NCBI GenBank assembly: GCA_964016885.1
Contig: OZ024742.1
Coordinates: 327,980,001 to 328,044,000 of the forward strand
Source: Eledone cirrhosa
Taxonomy: Eukaryota
Direction of reading: 5' to 3'
DNA: 64,000 bases
Shown: in pieces, positions 1 to 13,786 of the stretch
Numbering within the stretch: the first letter of the stretch is position 1
Layout: each line of letters starts with the position of its first letter
Translations under genes and position numbers: made by a program
Notes under the pieces: model-generated
The model's input: the letters and a program-made list of their open reading frames with translations, nothing else
Databases searched by the model: none
What the model was told of the DNA's origin: nothing

Positions 1-487
1 ATAATCAAAAGCAAAAGACAACGGAAATCACTGAAAACATTACTCACCAATGCCAAATTACCTACCACAAACCCACAACCACCTGTCAAAAAATGTGGTC
101 GCTCTAATTGTGGAATCTGCACTCACCTCATTGAAGGCAACACGTATACATTTAAATCAGGACAAAAGTTTGCTGTAAAAAATCACTTCACTTGCTCATT
201 AAAAAATCTAATTTATGCCATTTAATATAAAGGATGCAATGAAGATTATATAGGACAAACTAAACTCACACTCAGAAACAGAATGACAGTTCATCGCCAA
301 CAATTACGAGATCCAACCACGAGACAGATACCACTAAGCGCACATCTAGACATATGCGCAAGTAATAAGACACCCAAATTCCAAGTCTTCCCATTTTACC
401 TTTGCGCTAACAATACAACAGAACAAATACGAATAAGTAAGGACAATATGTTCATTCAAAAATATTCCTACTAAAGGAATCATTTTC

Positions 488-556
<69 letters not shown>

Positions 557-1244
557 ACAGCCATATACACACATACACAACTCCCTCCCCCATTTCTACT
601 AATAGAATCATCTTCCAATACACACAGACACAAGCACACAAAATTGCTTTATTTCAATAGAAAATCTGAATTCTGACACCCCAGCGAACTAACCATATTC
701 ACTGAACCAGAACAATTATCTCATCCCATTTCTCTTGACCATTATCTTTTGCTTGTCATAAAATTCTCTAAAAAGGCTACAGAATAGGTTTCCAAATAAG
801 GGCGCGAAATTTAATGAAAACTTGTTCACATGACAGCCATAATTTTATGTATAACCAATCAAATTACATTTATAAAAAAAAAGCCTTCGTGAGCCCCTTT
901 TTTAAGTAAAAAGAAATTCAAACACTCATATATGAAAAAACAACCTGAGCCCTCCCCCTCCCTTGTTTGAAGAACTTTGTAACGCGAACTGGCGCGAAAT
1001 TTATTATAATTATTGACCAACCAATCAAATTACTTCTCTAAAAACCTGGCGTTTCGAGCCACTTTTTTCCATATAAAACAAGTAATATTCAAAGACCAAC
1101 CAGATGTGAGAAAAACCACAGCCCTCCATCTCAATTCTACTTTTGAAAAGCAGAAGAACTGCGAAACCGGTAAAGGAACCAAATAAATATATATATTTTT
1201 TTAAAAATAAGACTCCAGTTGCATTTTCGATTTCATCTTTTTTT

Positions 1245-1248
<4 letters not shown>
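1..1248 (+). mobile_element. Penelope-like element 3' fragment: Cys-linker + GIY-YIG endonuclease remnant and 3' region (truncated by window start)
   Basis: Translation KCGRSNCGICTHLIEG...FTCSLKNLIYAI*YKGCNEDYIGQTKLTLRNRMTVHRQQ (GIY-YIG IY...YIG motif with CxxC linker, in-frame stop). Degenerate hammerhead-like motif tttgaaaa-GCAG aagaa CTGC-GAAACCGGTA-aagg at about 1139-1176, repeated at about 10238 and 20122 (minus). Confidence 0.8.
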
Positions 1249-1329
<81 letters not shown>

Positions 1330-1414
1330 CGGTAAATAGAAATAACAACACAATCGGAACAGTATATGGAAGGTATATATTAGGTTAACGCTTGATATTG
1401 CAGGAAGAAGGTAT

Positions 1415-1447
1415 TAACGTTTTGGACGCTAGTCCTTCATCAGAAGT
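1415..1447 (-). ncRNA. Degenerate hammerhead ribozyme in a short element between microsatellites
   Basis: Minus strand reads CTGATGA-A-GGAC tagc GTCC-aAAAC-GTTA: canonical first core strand and a 4-bp helix II, with G12 mutated to A. Confidence 0.5.
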
Positions 1448-1463
1448 AAGAATGAGAAATAAG

Positions 1464-1563
<100 letters not shown>

Positions 1564-1740
1564 TTATAGCATGACGTGCTCCGCAAGGTTCCTGGCGGAA
1601 GATAAAGTGAAATATAAAAAGTAGAATGATAGACGAAAGTAAGAAACGGAAAAAAAGAGAACTTCATCAGAGGACAGCATTTGTGTATTTAGATAGATAT
1701 TTTGTATATATATATATATCTGTGTGTATATATATATATA

Positions 1741-2189
1741 TTGTTATACTTTGGGAGGGTCATGTTGCCAATAAGAAACACATGCACCAGCTTTCACTCC
1801 AATTTATTATAAATTAAAAAAAAAATTTATAAATTTCTGCTTGGTTGGTTGTTTCCACAACCAGACAGCTGTTCATATATTGTCAGAACAAAGGGGAGGC
1901 ACAAAACAAAAAAAAGAATCCCCAGTCACTGAAGAGGTCACAGAATGTGTGACGAAAGAACTTTGACAATATATGAACAACCGTCCGGTTGTGGAACCAA
2001 CCAACCAACCAACCCGAAATTTATAAATTTTTATTTTTTTGTAAAAATAAAAAAAAAAAGATTTTCTAAGTGAAAGCAGCTGGTGGGTGTGTTTCTTATT
2101 GGCAACATGACCCCACCCCCCAAATATAACAATATTGGTTTCAACACTCGTTTTCAGATAAAGAATCTTGTTAAACAAATTCAGAAACG

Positions 2190-2192
<3 letters not shown>
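1741..2192 (+). mobile_element. Solo PLE pseudo-LTR with inverted 5' arm (1741-1885) and hammerhead at 1925-1967
   Basis: Homologous to the 3' end of the PLE at about 7755-8052. 1741-1885 is the reverse complement of about 1964-2131. Hammerhead: GTCA-CTGAAGA-G-GTCACA gaatg TGTGAC-GAAAG aa CTT-TGAC. Confidence 0.8.
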
Positions 2193-2249
<57 letters not shown>

Positions 2250-2269
2250 GTATATATTTATATATGTAC

Positions 2270-2317
<48 letters not shown>

Positions 2318-2538
2318 TTATATATGTACGTATATATATATATATATATATATATAGTGAAAAATGGAACGGGAACAAAACAGAGAGGCAGTACATACAA
2401 AGGTTTATTACTTTCACGCTCTTGAGAGTGGGGGGGGGGGTTATATATATCACGTCTCTACTGTATTGTTCTTCTGTCTTGTTTTCTTGTTCACTTTTCG
2501 AATAAACATACACACACACGCAACCCCCCCCCCCCCCC

Positions 2539-2573
<35 letters not shown>

Positions 2574-2990
2574 AGACAGAAAGTTATTTCTTATTAATAT
2601 ACTTGGTTATCTCAATGAAAAGTTTCGCTAAAAGACTGTTAAAATGGGTGCTATTTCTTGCATCGCTACGAACATGTCATATTGTCTTAATGCACACACA
2701 TTAAATTTAGTAGTCGAATACCACACGTGTTATTCAATGCACTATGCTGTTTAATAACGATAAGGTCCGTATACTATCTATTGAATATTTTATTCTATTT
2801 TCATACAATCCCTCTCACGAGGAAATTTCTTCCGATATCTGTTGTGTTAATTATTTGGGATAAATAGAATTGCTTCCGGATTCAAGGAACTGCAGTCAAG
2901 GATACGATGCGAGCGAAACTTTCTAATATTAGATTGTCTAGCTTGTATTTCCTCAAATGGATATTTTGGCATTAGTTAAACTACACACAA

Positions 2991-3056
<66 letters not shown>

Positions 3057-3168
3057 GCGCGCGCAAACACACACACATATATATATATATACATATATAT
3101 ATAGGGCGGGTAAAATTCCCGAGATGATATATATATATATCATATAAATAAATAAATAAATATATGTG

Positions 3169-3389
<221 letters not shown>

Positions 3390-4043
3390 ATGGGTTAGAG
3401 TTCCAACTGTGAACTCGAGTGGCTTCAGATTGTAAACTCTCCAACCTTTTTTAGGGTACCCTAAAGGATGTTGAGGAAGTTATAAGCTGAAACAGCTTGA
3501 CCTCGGACACCATTAACATACCTACGCTGTGTCTCATCATGCATCAGGTACAGTCAAATTTTTGTGTTTGTGTGTGCACCTGTGTGTATATGTGTGTATG
3601 TATGTCTGTCTTTGGATCGAAATAATTAATTACGTATTTTTCACAGTGGTGTCCCAGCATGGCCGCAGTGAAATGACTGAAACTAGTGAAAGTATAATGG
3701 AATATACATTTGTAAGTATATCCATGAAACACTTTCTTAACATATCCTTGCTCACGGGAAATCCACACATTCTAACAATTACCAAATAAACCTTTGAATA
3801 ATCAGTGTTATATATTCATTCATGTCCAGCTGTGTACTGATGGGTCAACGTTACCGATGATATGTCAATCAACTACCACACTTACCTTTGTAACTCGGCT
3901 TTATATATTCGCACATATATATCTAACTGTCTGTGTGTCTCTTTCTCTGTGAGAATCTATCTATATTATACTTATACATACATAGGCAAACATAAATAGA
4001 AACGTATGTCTATAAACACACGCAGATTTATATATAAATATGC

Positions 4044-7000
4044 GTGTATATATATATACGAAAAACAATAACATCTCGACAACTACACTTCATAAAAGAA
4101 TGTGCCTCGTCCCGAGTTTACACCAACACCATCAACACCGATGTAAAAAGATTACAACTCACCAAAAAGCAAGCAGATAGGCTAAAACGAACACTAATTC
4201 TAAACATAAAAAAGAAGATCTATAGAGGATTAAGTCATCAAGAAAAACATAAGCGTAACCTAATACAAGAAATAACTAAGATCAGCACACCAAGAGAAAA
4301 CATAATATTTATAAGCCTTATACGTCCTGAAGAACAGTACATTGTTCAAGAATGTGATAAGCACTTTAACAAGAAACTAAAGTGGCTTAAGCAGATAAAA
4401 CTAAATCAAGATACTTTAGAGAATACCAATAGATATCCCGACAAAATTGACGGTATAAATATAGCCGACATCTCATTAACTGATGAGTTCAACAACAACA
4501 ACACAAATATATACGGCAACACTATGGTCGACTCTGATGAATTATCTGTATTATAACTGCCACCTAAGTATGCGACATTCAAGAAGGTAAATATAATTAG
4601 TTGTTTGTCAGAAATAGATAAATCATTTACAAAATTACGTTGGAGCCTCAAAAACAAAAACAAAAACAAAAGTAACAACATACGCACACACATATACAAC
4701 ACACATCCCAACAACAACAGACACACAGACACAAACAACAATAACAACAACACACACATCAACAATAATAACATACTCAGAAACAACAACAACAGACACG
4801 CAGACACAAACAAAATTAACAACACACACAACAATAATAACACACACGGAGACAACAACAACAATACACATCAACAACAGCACACATCAACAACAACAAC
4901 AACAACACACACATTCAATGTCACTCACCACCACCACAATCTTAACAAACACACAGACACAGAAAACAGGTAATGACAGTAGCACAGAAATAAGGGAAGG
5001 TAATAGGATTGAAAGGAGAAGGGAGGCTATGGACAGAGAAAATAACCAAGACGAACACACAGACACACAAAATAGAGTAAATAATAACAATGAGCCAGAG
5101 GAAAGAGACAGGAGTAATAATGAGAGACATAGAAACAACCATGAGGCTGTTGGTGGAAATAGAAATAGAAACAACACAACTAACAATAACAATAACACTA
5201 GTACACATAAAGCCTGGAACTCTACTTTTTATAATCCCTCCGATAAGTCGTTCGACCTGCAACGAGTCCACGACACGACTTTACCTTTTAACAAACGCAC
5301 GCAATTGCCGTCGCAGGTCGATGAACAAACAGAAGCACAATTTAGTATAGCTAGATCTAAACTTAGAAATATTATAGAACAGTATAGAAAGAAGCATAAT
5401 AGAATGGAGGCCCAGCAACTGGGAGAAAAATCTGCAAATGGCTTGCGTAAGCTCATGCAGCGCTCGCGTAATGGAGAGATAGCATGCTTTCCAACAGTCA
5501 AGTCTGGCAGAATGTCGGTTGACAGTCTGCCAAACTACATCCAGGCAATGCAACCCCACATCATTAACACAAGAGAAGTAACACCACAAGAGCATGAGGA
5601 TAGAGAAAAAGCCCTCAATGCCCATATGGTGATGTGGACGAATATAATGCAGCCCAACAAAAGGACTGCCAACAACTTCCAGGCCTGGAACAATGACGTG
5701 CCAGCGTTGTATGGGCTTCAAAAAGACCATAAAACGGGCAGTGACCCTGTCACGGGACCACCAACACGGCCAGTCTGTGGAGCTAACATTGCTAGTAACT
5801 ACAGACTGTCCTACTTCCTCTCCCTGATCATACGCCCCATCATCGAAATGTCCCCAGATGTATGTGACAGCACGGAGGACCTCAGCAGAATCGGCGAAAG
5901 TAACCAATCTAGGGACCTAACAAACTGCATAATAGATAGTATGGATGTTGTGTCCCTGTATCCATCTATTGACATGGATTTTGCTGTGGAGAAATGCGTA
6001 GAAATGATCAGTGAGAGCAATGTTGAGTTCCGTGGGATTGATACCAGTGAGCTGGGACTCCTACTTAAACTTACCTATAGTAATAATTACCTAGACACAT
6101 ATGACCTTAGCAACCTGTGCCCTACAAGACCAGCAAGAGGCAGACCACCTACCATTACCTAAATGGTCAAGAAAACCCACAGAGATAGATGGAACGGGTG
6201 GACCAGAGCCATACGGACACCCGAAAACCACGATGAACTAAAGAAAATGATGCACATGCGGTGGGGGCCAGCATAAAATTAACCCTTAAGGAACATATGT
6301 TCAAATTTAATGGAAAAACATATGCCCAAGAGGAAGGAGCAGCCATTGGTGTTAGCATTGCAGGCGACATAGCTAACTTATTCATGGTATGGTGGGACAG
6401 TAGACTTAAACTTAAACTTAAAGAACAATTAGAAGACCCCTTAACCCTGATAATGTACTCCCGCTACGTTGATGATATAAACATCGTAGTTAAAACACCC
6501 CCACTAGAGAACAGTCAGGAATTAGAGAAAAACACAATGGAAAGCATCCAGCAAATAGCTAACGCCATCCACCAGAGTATTAGAGTTACTATAGACTACC
6601 CAAGTAAACACCCCAACCGTCGATTACCTGTACTAGACACAGAGCTCTCGTTAGATACCATTAATAACAAAAAACAAATCCTCCATTCCCATTATGCCAA
6701 ACCCATGACTACCAAATATCTGATCCACCGAAACTCAGCTGTTTCGGACCATACTAAAATCAACATACTAATTGTGGATTTGGTACGGGTGATGAGAAAC
6801 GTGTCCCCCGCACGTGCAACCCCGAAGAACTAGAGAGGCACATACAACACTTCATCCACCGTATGCAGTTCTCTGGTTACAATCAGAGAGATAAAATCAG
6901 AGTATATAGAGGAGCCAGAACCAAATGGGAAAAATGGTAAATAACGACCAAAATGGGACCTGCCCCTTGTATAGGAGCAAATTTTGGAATAGAATAGAAA

Positions 7001-7596
7001 GAACTAGGAATAAGGCTAATAGAATAAACTCATGGTTTGATAGCAATAAATACCAGAGTGTAATGTTTATCAATACAACGCATAGAGGTGAATTAGCTTA
7101 CAAATTTAGAAGGGCCCTAGATAAACATAAACTCAATATTAAGATAGTAGAAAGACCAGGTACCTCTATAAAAACACTTATTAGCAATACATACCTTTTT
7201 CAACAACCTCCCTGTATAGATAAGAAATGTATAATCTGTAAATTAAGCCCCCATATTAACTGTAAAACTAGAAATGTAGTATATAGCATAAGATGTACTG
7301 AAAGACAATGTAGAGATAAAAATATAGTGTACATATGTGAGACAGTTCCTAGTATATGGGAACAGATAAATGAACACTGGCGAGACCTTCAAGATAGTAA
7401 AGAATCATCTGTACTCTACCAACATGCTAAAATAGAACATAAGGGTAAATTAGAGAACATAGAAATAAAAATAGAATCTACACACAGAAAAGATGTAATA
7501 TTTAGACAAATCACAGAGGCAATAAACATAAATGAACTCCAACCAAAATTAAATAGAAAACATGAGTGGAACAGCAACATCACAACTTACAATTAA
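4044..7596 (+). pseudogene. PLE reverse transcriptase-GIY-YIG polyprotein, disrupted by stops and frameshifts
   Basis: ORF pieces 4044-4556, 4605-4973, 4918-6162, 6261-6833, 6925-7596 contain LYGLQKDHK...PTRPV, SMDVVSLYPSI, YAQEEGAAIG, YSRYVDDI, LPVLD and CIDKKCIICK...CKTRNVVYSIRC...VYICET...INEH...ITEA. Confidence 0.9.
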
Positions 7597-8048
7597 GGAT
7601 AAAATGAAAACACACACGCACATAGAACAAACAACCAACCTGTAACATGTAAATAAACAAATAAATAAACGAATATTAACACACACAGACACCCGGATGT
7701 GGCGCATGCGCAGACTGAGCACACAACACACACACAGAAACAAGATGGCGTAGGACAGAACAAAGGAGAGGCACAAAAACAAAGAAAAGAATCCCCAGTC
7801 ACCGAAGAGGTCACAGAATGTGTGACGAAAGAACTTTGACAATATATAAACAACCATCTGATTGTGGAACCAACCAACCAACCGGAAATTTATAAATTCC
7901 TAAACTTATAAATTTATTATAATAAATTGAAGTGAAAGCAACCGGTGCGTGTGTTTCTTATTGGCAACATGACCCTCACAAAGTATAACAATATCGGTTT
8001 GAACACACGTTTTCAGATAAAGAATCTTGGTAAACAAATTCAGAAACG

Positions 8049-8052
<4 letters not shown>
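4044..8052 (+). mobile_element. Penelope-like retroelement (C-terminal endonuclease, Neptune-like Cys linker), degenerate, with 3' pLTR
   Basis: Fragmented ORF with PLE RT motifs followed by GIY-YIG; 3' non-coding pLTR with a hammerhead at 7798-7840 (core CCGAAGA in this copy); ends in (TA)n. Confidence 0.9.
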
Positions 8053-8096
<44 letters not shown>

Positions 8097-8097
<1 letters not shown>

Positions 8098-8630
8098 AGT
8101 ATGTATACGTACATACATATATGTGTACAGACGTACAGTAGCATGTATATATATATATACACATACATGCACACATATATATATCTACGTATGGGTTTAC
8201 CGAACATTTATTATAATTACGAATTACGCCGTACAGTGCTCGGTAACCATCGTCACAATTTTGTTTAACACTGACACAGGAACGATGTACTAGTTTCAAG
8301 CTTATTAGCTATCGTCATTCGTTTCATTCTTTTCCATTTATCGTTTTCGGTGCGCCCGGCCGACTACCTCACTCAATATGCAAATTAGGCTGCTCACACC
8401 GTTAATATGCATAGGGAAATTATATACTTCCAAACGTTCAATCATCTGACAGAAAGGTATACGATGCTGTCGTTCCTGTGTCAGTGTTGAACAAAAGGGC
8501 GACGATGGTTGCCGAGCACTGTACGGCGTAATTCGGGCTGTTTGTTTACAAACAAACCAAACATTATTATAAATACTTATATTTAGGTCGTACTAAGAGT
8601 GAGAAATGATATTTCGTTTCATTCTTTTCC
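8097..8630. mobile_element. Small hammerhead-bearing TA-inserted element (family C), fold-back copy
   Basis: 8097-8320 is an inverted arm of the element seen at about 9530-10010 (minus), 12490-13130 and 18600-18845. The minus arm carries TGACGA-TAGC taataa GCTT-GAAACTAGTA-CATCG, while the plus copy has lost the core at about 8467. Confidence 0.7.
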
Positions 8631-8691
<61 letters not shown>

Positions 8692-8694
8692 TAT

Positions 8695-8775
<81 letters not shown>

Positions 8776-8779
8776 CATA

Positions 8780-8857
<78 letters not shown>

Positions 8858-8905
8858 TATGTATGTATACGTACATACATATATGTATACAGACGTACAG
8901 TAGTA

Positions 8906-8939
<34 letters not shown>

Positions 8940-9179
8940 ATGTGCTACCTGCAGTATTTTTCTCTATATTTTAATACATATATTTACCACTGCGATTCTG
9001 TGTTTTTTTCTCTCTCTCTTACTGTTCCCCCATTCTCTCTGTTTCTCCCCCTCTGTCTTGTCCGTTAACTCTTCCTCACACTTTCACTCACTCACTGTTT
9101 TTCTCCCTCTTCTCTTCATTTCATCCTGCACTCACGAACGCTATTTTTTCTCTCTCTGCTCAATAGCCTTCGTTCGTGT

Positions 9180-9464
9180 TGGTACTATTCTCTAAGCGCT
9201 CATATATTCACCTAGCTTATGCTAAACAGAATAATTTTTGAAGCTTGTTTCTCCCCTACGGTATGCTATATTTTCTGTTGTTCTCCTGTCTCACTCGCTT
9301 TACGCGTTTTAATTGTCCTAATAACTTATTTTGGTTATTATTGCACCGAAGTGAGATATATGATTTTTAATGCAATGAAATATCTATGATCTTCGGCAAA
9401 TCACTGATGAGGGACTTATTTTATTACATGTTACCATGTGCTACCTGCAGTATTTTTCTCTATA

Positions 9465-9470
<6 letters not shown>
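9180..9470 (+). mobile_element. Old PLE-pLTR-like element with degenerate hammerhead (CTGATGA at about 9404); homologue at 18876-19190 (minus)
   Basis: The two copies align (cgctttacgcg...gatttttaa.gc.atgaaata...aaatcaCTGAYGA.GGAC). The 18.9-kb copy retains GAAAC. Confidence 0.5.
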
Positions 9471-9532
<62 letters not shown>

Positions 9533-9682
9533 CAGGTACACATATATATATGTACGTATCAGTTTAGCGGACGTTTATTATAACGTCCGCTTTGTCCGTT
9601 TGTAAACAAACGGACAGCCTGTTTATGCCGTACGGTGTTAAGGCAACCACGTCACCTTTTTGTTCAACACTAAACACAGGAA

Positions 9683-9723
9683 CGATGTACTAGTTTCAAG
9701 CTTCTTAGCCATCATCAGCACCG
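9683..9723 (-). ncRNA. Minimal type I hammerhead ribozyme (family C)
   Basis: CGGTG-CTGATGA-T GGC taagaa GCT T-GAAAC TA GTA-CATCG: helix I 5 bp, palindromic helix III ACTAGT, GUA cleavage triplet. Confidence 0.8.
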
Positions 9724-10008
9724 TATACCCTTCTGCCAGATGGTTGAAGGTTCGAAAGTATATACTTTCCTTATGAAAATTAACGGCTGAGCAGCCTAAT
9801 TTGCATATCGAGCGAGTTCAGTCTGCCAGGCGCACCGAAAACGATAAGTTGAAATGGAATGAAACGAAATTTCATTTCTCACTCTTAGTACGGCACTTAC
9901 TTAAATGTAAGTATGTATGTATACGTACATACATATATGTATACAGACGTACAGTAGTATGTGCCGCACTAAGAGTGAGAAATGAAATTTCGTTTCATTC
10001 GATTTCAA

Positions 10009-10163
<155 letters not shown>

Positions 10164-10433
10164 TGGATAGATAGATAGATAGATATATAGATAGATAGAT
10201 GCGAGACAATCCACACAAACCCTCCATCTCAATTATACTTTTGAAAACGATAAGAATTGTGAAACCGGTAAAGGAAATAAATAAATATTCTTAAAAAGAC
10301 TCCAGTTGCATTTTCGATTTCTTTTCTTTATACTTTCATCCGTGTAGGACATCTGTTTTTTTCTTATAAAAAAAACCCTCATTTACTTATGTATATATAT
10401 ATATGTGCATATTCATATTCTTATGCATATATG

Positions 10434-10520
<87 letters not shown>

Positions 10521-10558
10521 GAGGAAGTTATAGTTCACTTGAAGCATTGTGTAATGAG

Positions 10559-10929
10559 GTATAAACGTTTGTATTTGTAAAGCCAAGACAATGCAGGTAT
10601 GGACATAGAATAAAGAATGCAAATGCAAAAGATATTGTTGACAATTAGTCTTTTACCTTAGATTTATTTAAATGTCCTTAATTTTCGAGATAATATCTCT
10701 TCTTCGGAGGGAAGTAAAGCGGTAAAACCAGTGTTCTAAATGACTTGGCAAGCTATTTAGAACACTGGTTTAACTGCTTTACTTCCCTCCGAAGAAGAGA
10801 TATTATCTTGAAAATTAAGGACATTTAAATAAATCTTAGGTAAAAGACTAATTGTCAACAATATCTTTTGCATTTGCATTCTTTATTCTATGTCCATACC
10901 TGCATTGTCTTGGCTTTACAAATAAAAAC

Positions 10930-10935
<6 letters not shown>
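10559..10935. repeat. About 375-bp near-perfect palindrome between (TA)n tracts; arms carry a hammerhead-like motif
   Basis: Arms are reverse complements around tgacttggcaagcta (about 10747). Motif CCT-CCGAAGA-A-GAGAT att ATCTY-GAAAATTA-AGG at about 10786-10820 and in the mirror arm. Confidence 0.8.
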
Positions 10936-10994
<59 letters not shown>

Positions 10995-10997
<3 letters not shown>

Positions 10998-12320
10998 ACA
11001 GGGAGAAAGAGACGATTATGAGGAAGAAAAATTTTTTTTTTTCCTTTTTTGTCTCTTCTTTTTTTTTCTGGGTTAGAAAATGATTAAAACGAAATGTTTT
11101 ACTTTGTGTGAAGTGTTAAGGTATTAGTTGATTTATTTATTATTTAACAATGGCATTTATTTATCTATTTATATATTTAATTATTGTCTATTACCGGTTT
11201 CTACATTTATATGTATTATCAAATGATAGTGAAATGTAATAGTGTGGTGTCGCACATGTTAAACAGAAGGTGCAGAAAGAATAATGTTATATACAAACAA
11301 GGTTTAAGAAGTGAAAAGAAAAAAGAAAAATGAAAAAAAACGTGCATAATGTGGAACGTAAGAGTCAACGTGGAAGAAAAAATAATAATGTTATTTACAA
11401 GCACTGTCATTGAAGTTAAGCAGTTCAAAATGTGTTAATATCGCAAGAGTGCTTAGTTGAACCATGGTTCCGTGAAGGACGCAAATGGTGGACTGTGGTT
11501 TGATATGATTTCCCTTTTTAGAGAGTTAATATGCAGGGGAAGCAATTCTTGCTGGGTGATATTTAATTTATTTAAGAAAAAGTATTAGGTAGGGTGTGAG
11601 GGAGGTAACTCTTGTAAATGTTTGATGGTTTGTTGCAGTTTTAGATTGGTAGTATTTTTAGGGCATTGAGTAGTGGTTGAAATTTATTAATGAAATGTGT
11701 TTCCTTATTGGTGCGTTGGATGAAAGTAGCGTTGTCTATGAATTTGTAAATAAGGAAAATTTTAAAGTTTGTATGTTGGTTGAGAGCACAATTGGCGATA
11801 TGTTCACTAAATGCAATCTTTCTGTATTCCTGTATTTTAATTTGTGATTTATGGACGGTCATACGTTGACGGAGGCTGTATTTTGTCTGTCCTATGTAGT
11901 GCTCTTGACAACCTGAGCAGGTCAAAACATAGATAAGGTTTTCAGATGCCCATGTAAAGTTGGGTTTAACTGTGAAACGTTATCCTTGTTTAAAATGGAA
12001 TGTTGAACTTTCTATTAGATTTATGCATATGCCACAGTTGGGCCTTCCGCATTTTGTTACTGTAGGGTTTATTGTGAGGGTTTGTTGGATTTTGGCTTGT
12101 GTGAGGATGTTTTTTATGGATTTGGGTTGTCTTTTGCTCTTTATGATGTTGTGTGTTTGGAGGATATTGTTCATTCTTGGGTTTCTTTTTAGTAAAGGGA
12201 TGTTCTGGAGGATGGTGTCGAATGCCTCATTGTTGAGGGGGTTGTGTGTGGAGATGTATGGTAAAGTTTTTGTTGCAGTTCACTCCTGGGTTTGGGGTGT
12301 CTGAGTTCCTGGATGTCTAA
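10995..12320 (-). mobile_element. Penelope-like element 3' fragment (GIY-YIG remnant + 3' region)
   Basis: Minus ORFs 11980-12174 (KCGRPNCGICINLIES) and 11641-11925 (CSGCQEHYIGQTKYSLRQRMTVHK...EHIANC...FQPLLN), same type as the fragment at 1-474. Degenerate tacat ataa atgta-GAAACCGGTA motif near 11190-11220. The terminal segment is also copied at 46932-47055. Confidence 0.8.
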
Positions 12321-12338
12321 TTTGAGGGCACGTATATA

Positions 12339-12436
<98 letters not shown>

Positions 12437-12489
12437 TGTATGTGTGTGCATGTATGTATATATATATGTGTGCATGTATGTATATATAT

Positions 12490-13130
12490 AATTAATACGG
12501 GATGTTTGTTTACAAACACACCGAGCATTATGATAAATGCTCGGTGAATCCATACGTACATATATGTATATGTGCATGTATGTATATATATATATACATA
12601 CTACTGTACGTCGGTATACATATATGTATGTACGTGTACATACTTATAATTAAGTAACAGCCGTACTAAGAGTGGGAAATGAAATTTCTTTTCATTTTTT
12701 TCTGTTAATCGTTTTCGGTGCACCCGGCCGATTAACCCACTCGATATGCAAATTGGGCTACTCAGCCGTTAATATGCATAAAGTAAGTATATACGTTCAA
12801 CTATATGGCAGGAAGGTATACGTTGCTGACGATAGCTAATAAGCTTGAAACTAGTACAGCGTTCCTTTGTCAGTGTTGAACAAACGAGCAACGATGGTTG
12901 CTGGACACTACGGCTTAATACGGGATGTTTGTTTACAAACACACCGAGCATTATAATAAATGTTCGGTGAATCCATACGTACATATATATATGTGTGCAT
13001 GTATGTATATATATATATACATACTACTGTACGTCTGTATACATATATGTATGTACGTGTACATACTTATAATTAAGTAACAGCCTTACTAAGAGTGGGA
13101 AATGAAATTTCGATTCATTTTTTTCTGTTT
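12490..13130 (+). mobile_element. Family C hammerhead element, partial tandem of two units (about 420-bp period)
   Basis: ttaatacgggatg...tactaagagtgggaaatgaaatttc occurs at about 12492-12700 and 12915-13125, with the hammerhead between them. Confidence 0.75.
12821..12861 (+). ncRNA. Minimal type I hammerhead ribozyme (family C)
   Basis: CGTTG-CTGACGA-T AGC taataa GCT T-GAAAC TA GTA-CAGCG. Confidence 0.8.
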
Positions 13131-13246
13131 ATATATATATATATATTTATATATATATACACACATATTTATATATATTACCTATCATATATATATATAT
13201 CTTATATATATCTATTACATTATATTATATACATATATATATATAA

Positions 13247-13436
13247 GGGCGGTGGATTGGCAATATCGGCAGAGGGTCAGACGTCATACTTTGACGCATA
13301 GAGTTACAGCCCTTCCCATTCTGTGTTCAAATCCCCCCACGTTAACTTTGCCTTTCGTCCCTACGGGTCGATAAAATAAAGTACCAGTAATGCACTGAAA
13401 TAATTGCTGGCCTTGTGCCAAACGTAGAAACAATTA
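13247..13436 (+). mobile_element. tRNA-derived SINE (about 190 bp)
   Basis: A-box-like TGGCARTATCGG, B-box-like GTTCAAATCC, central GCCTTTC.TCC.TACGGG.TCGATAAAATAAAGTACCAG, tail CCTTGTGCCAAA.GTAGAAACAATTA; about 10 copies in the window. Confidence 0.85.
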
Positions 13437-13447
13437 TATTATATTAT

Positions 13448-13506
<59 letters not shown>

Positions 13507-13555
13507 GTGCATGCTTAAATACACTTTCATGCACACAACCACACACACACATAAA

Positions 13556-13602
<47 letters not shown>

Positions 13603-13717
13603 TCCCCCTCTCTCTCTCTCTCTCTCTCAAACACATATGTAACCATTTACCACTGACACACACACTAATACGTGCGCACAGATACGTACAGAGAGAGAGA
13701 GAGATAGATAGATAGAT

Positions 13718-13786
<69 letters not shown>

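Noticed and set aside
13247-13340. tRNA gene
   Set aside because: A/B boxes are present but there is no cloverleaf; it is the head of a repeated SINE.
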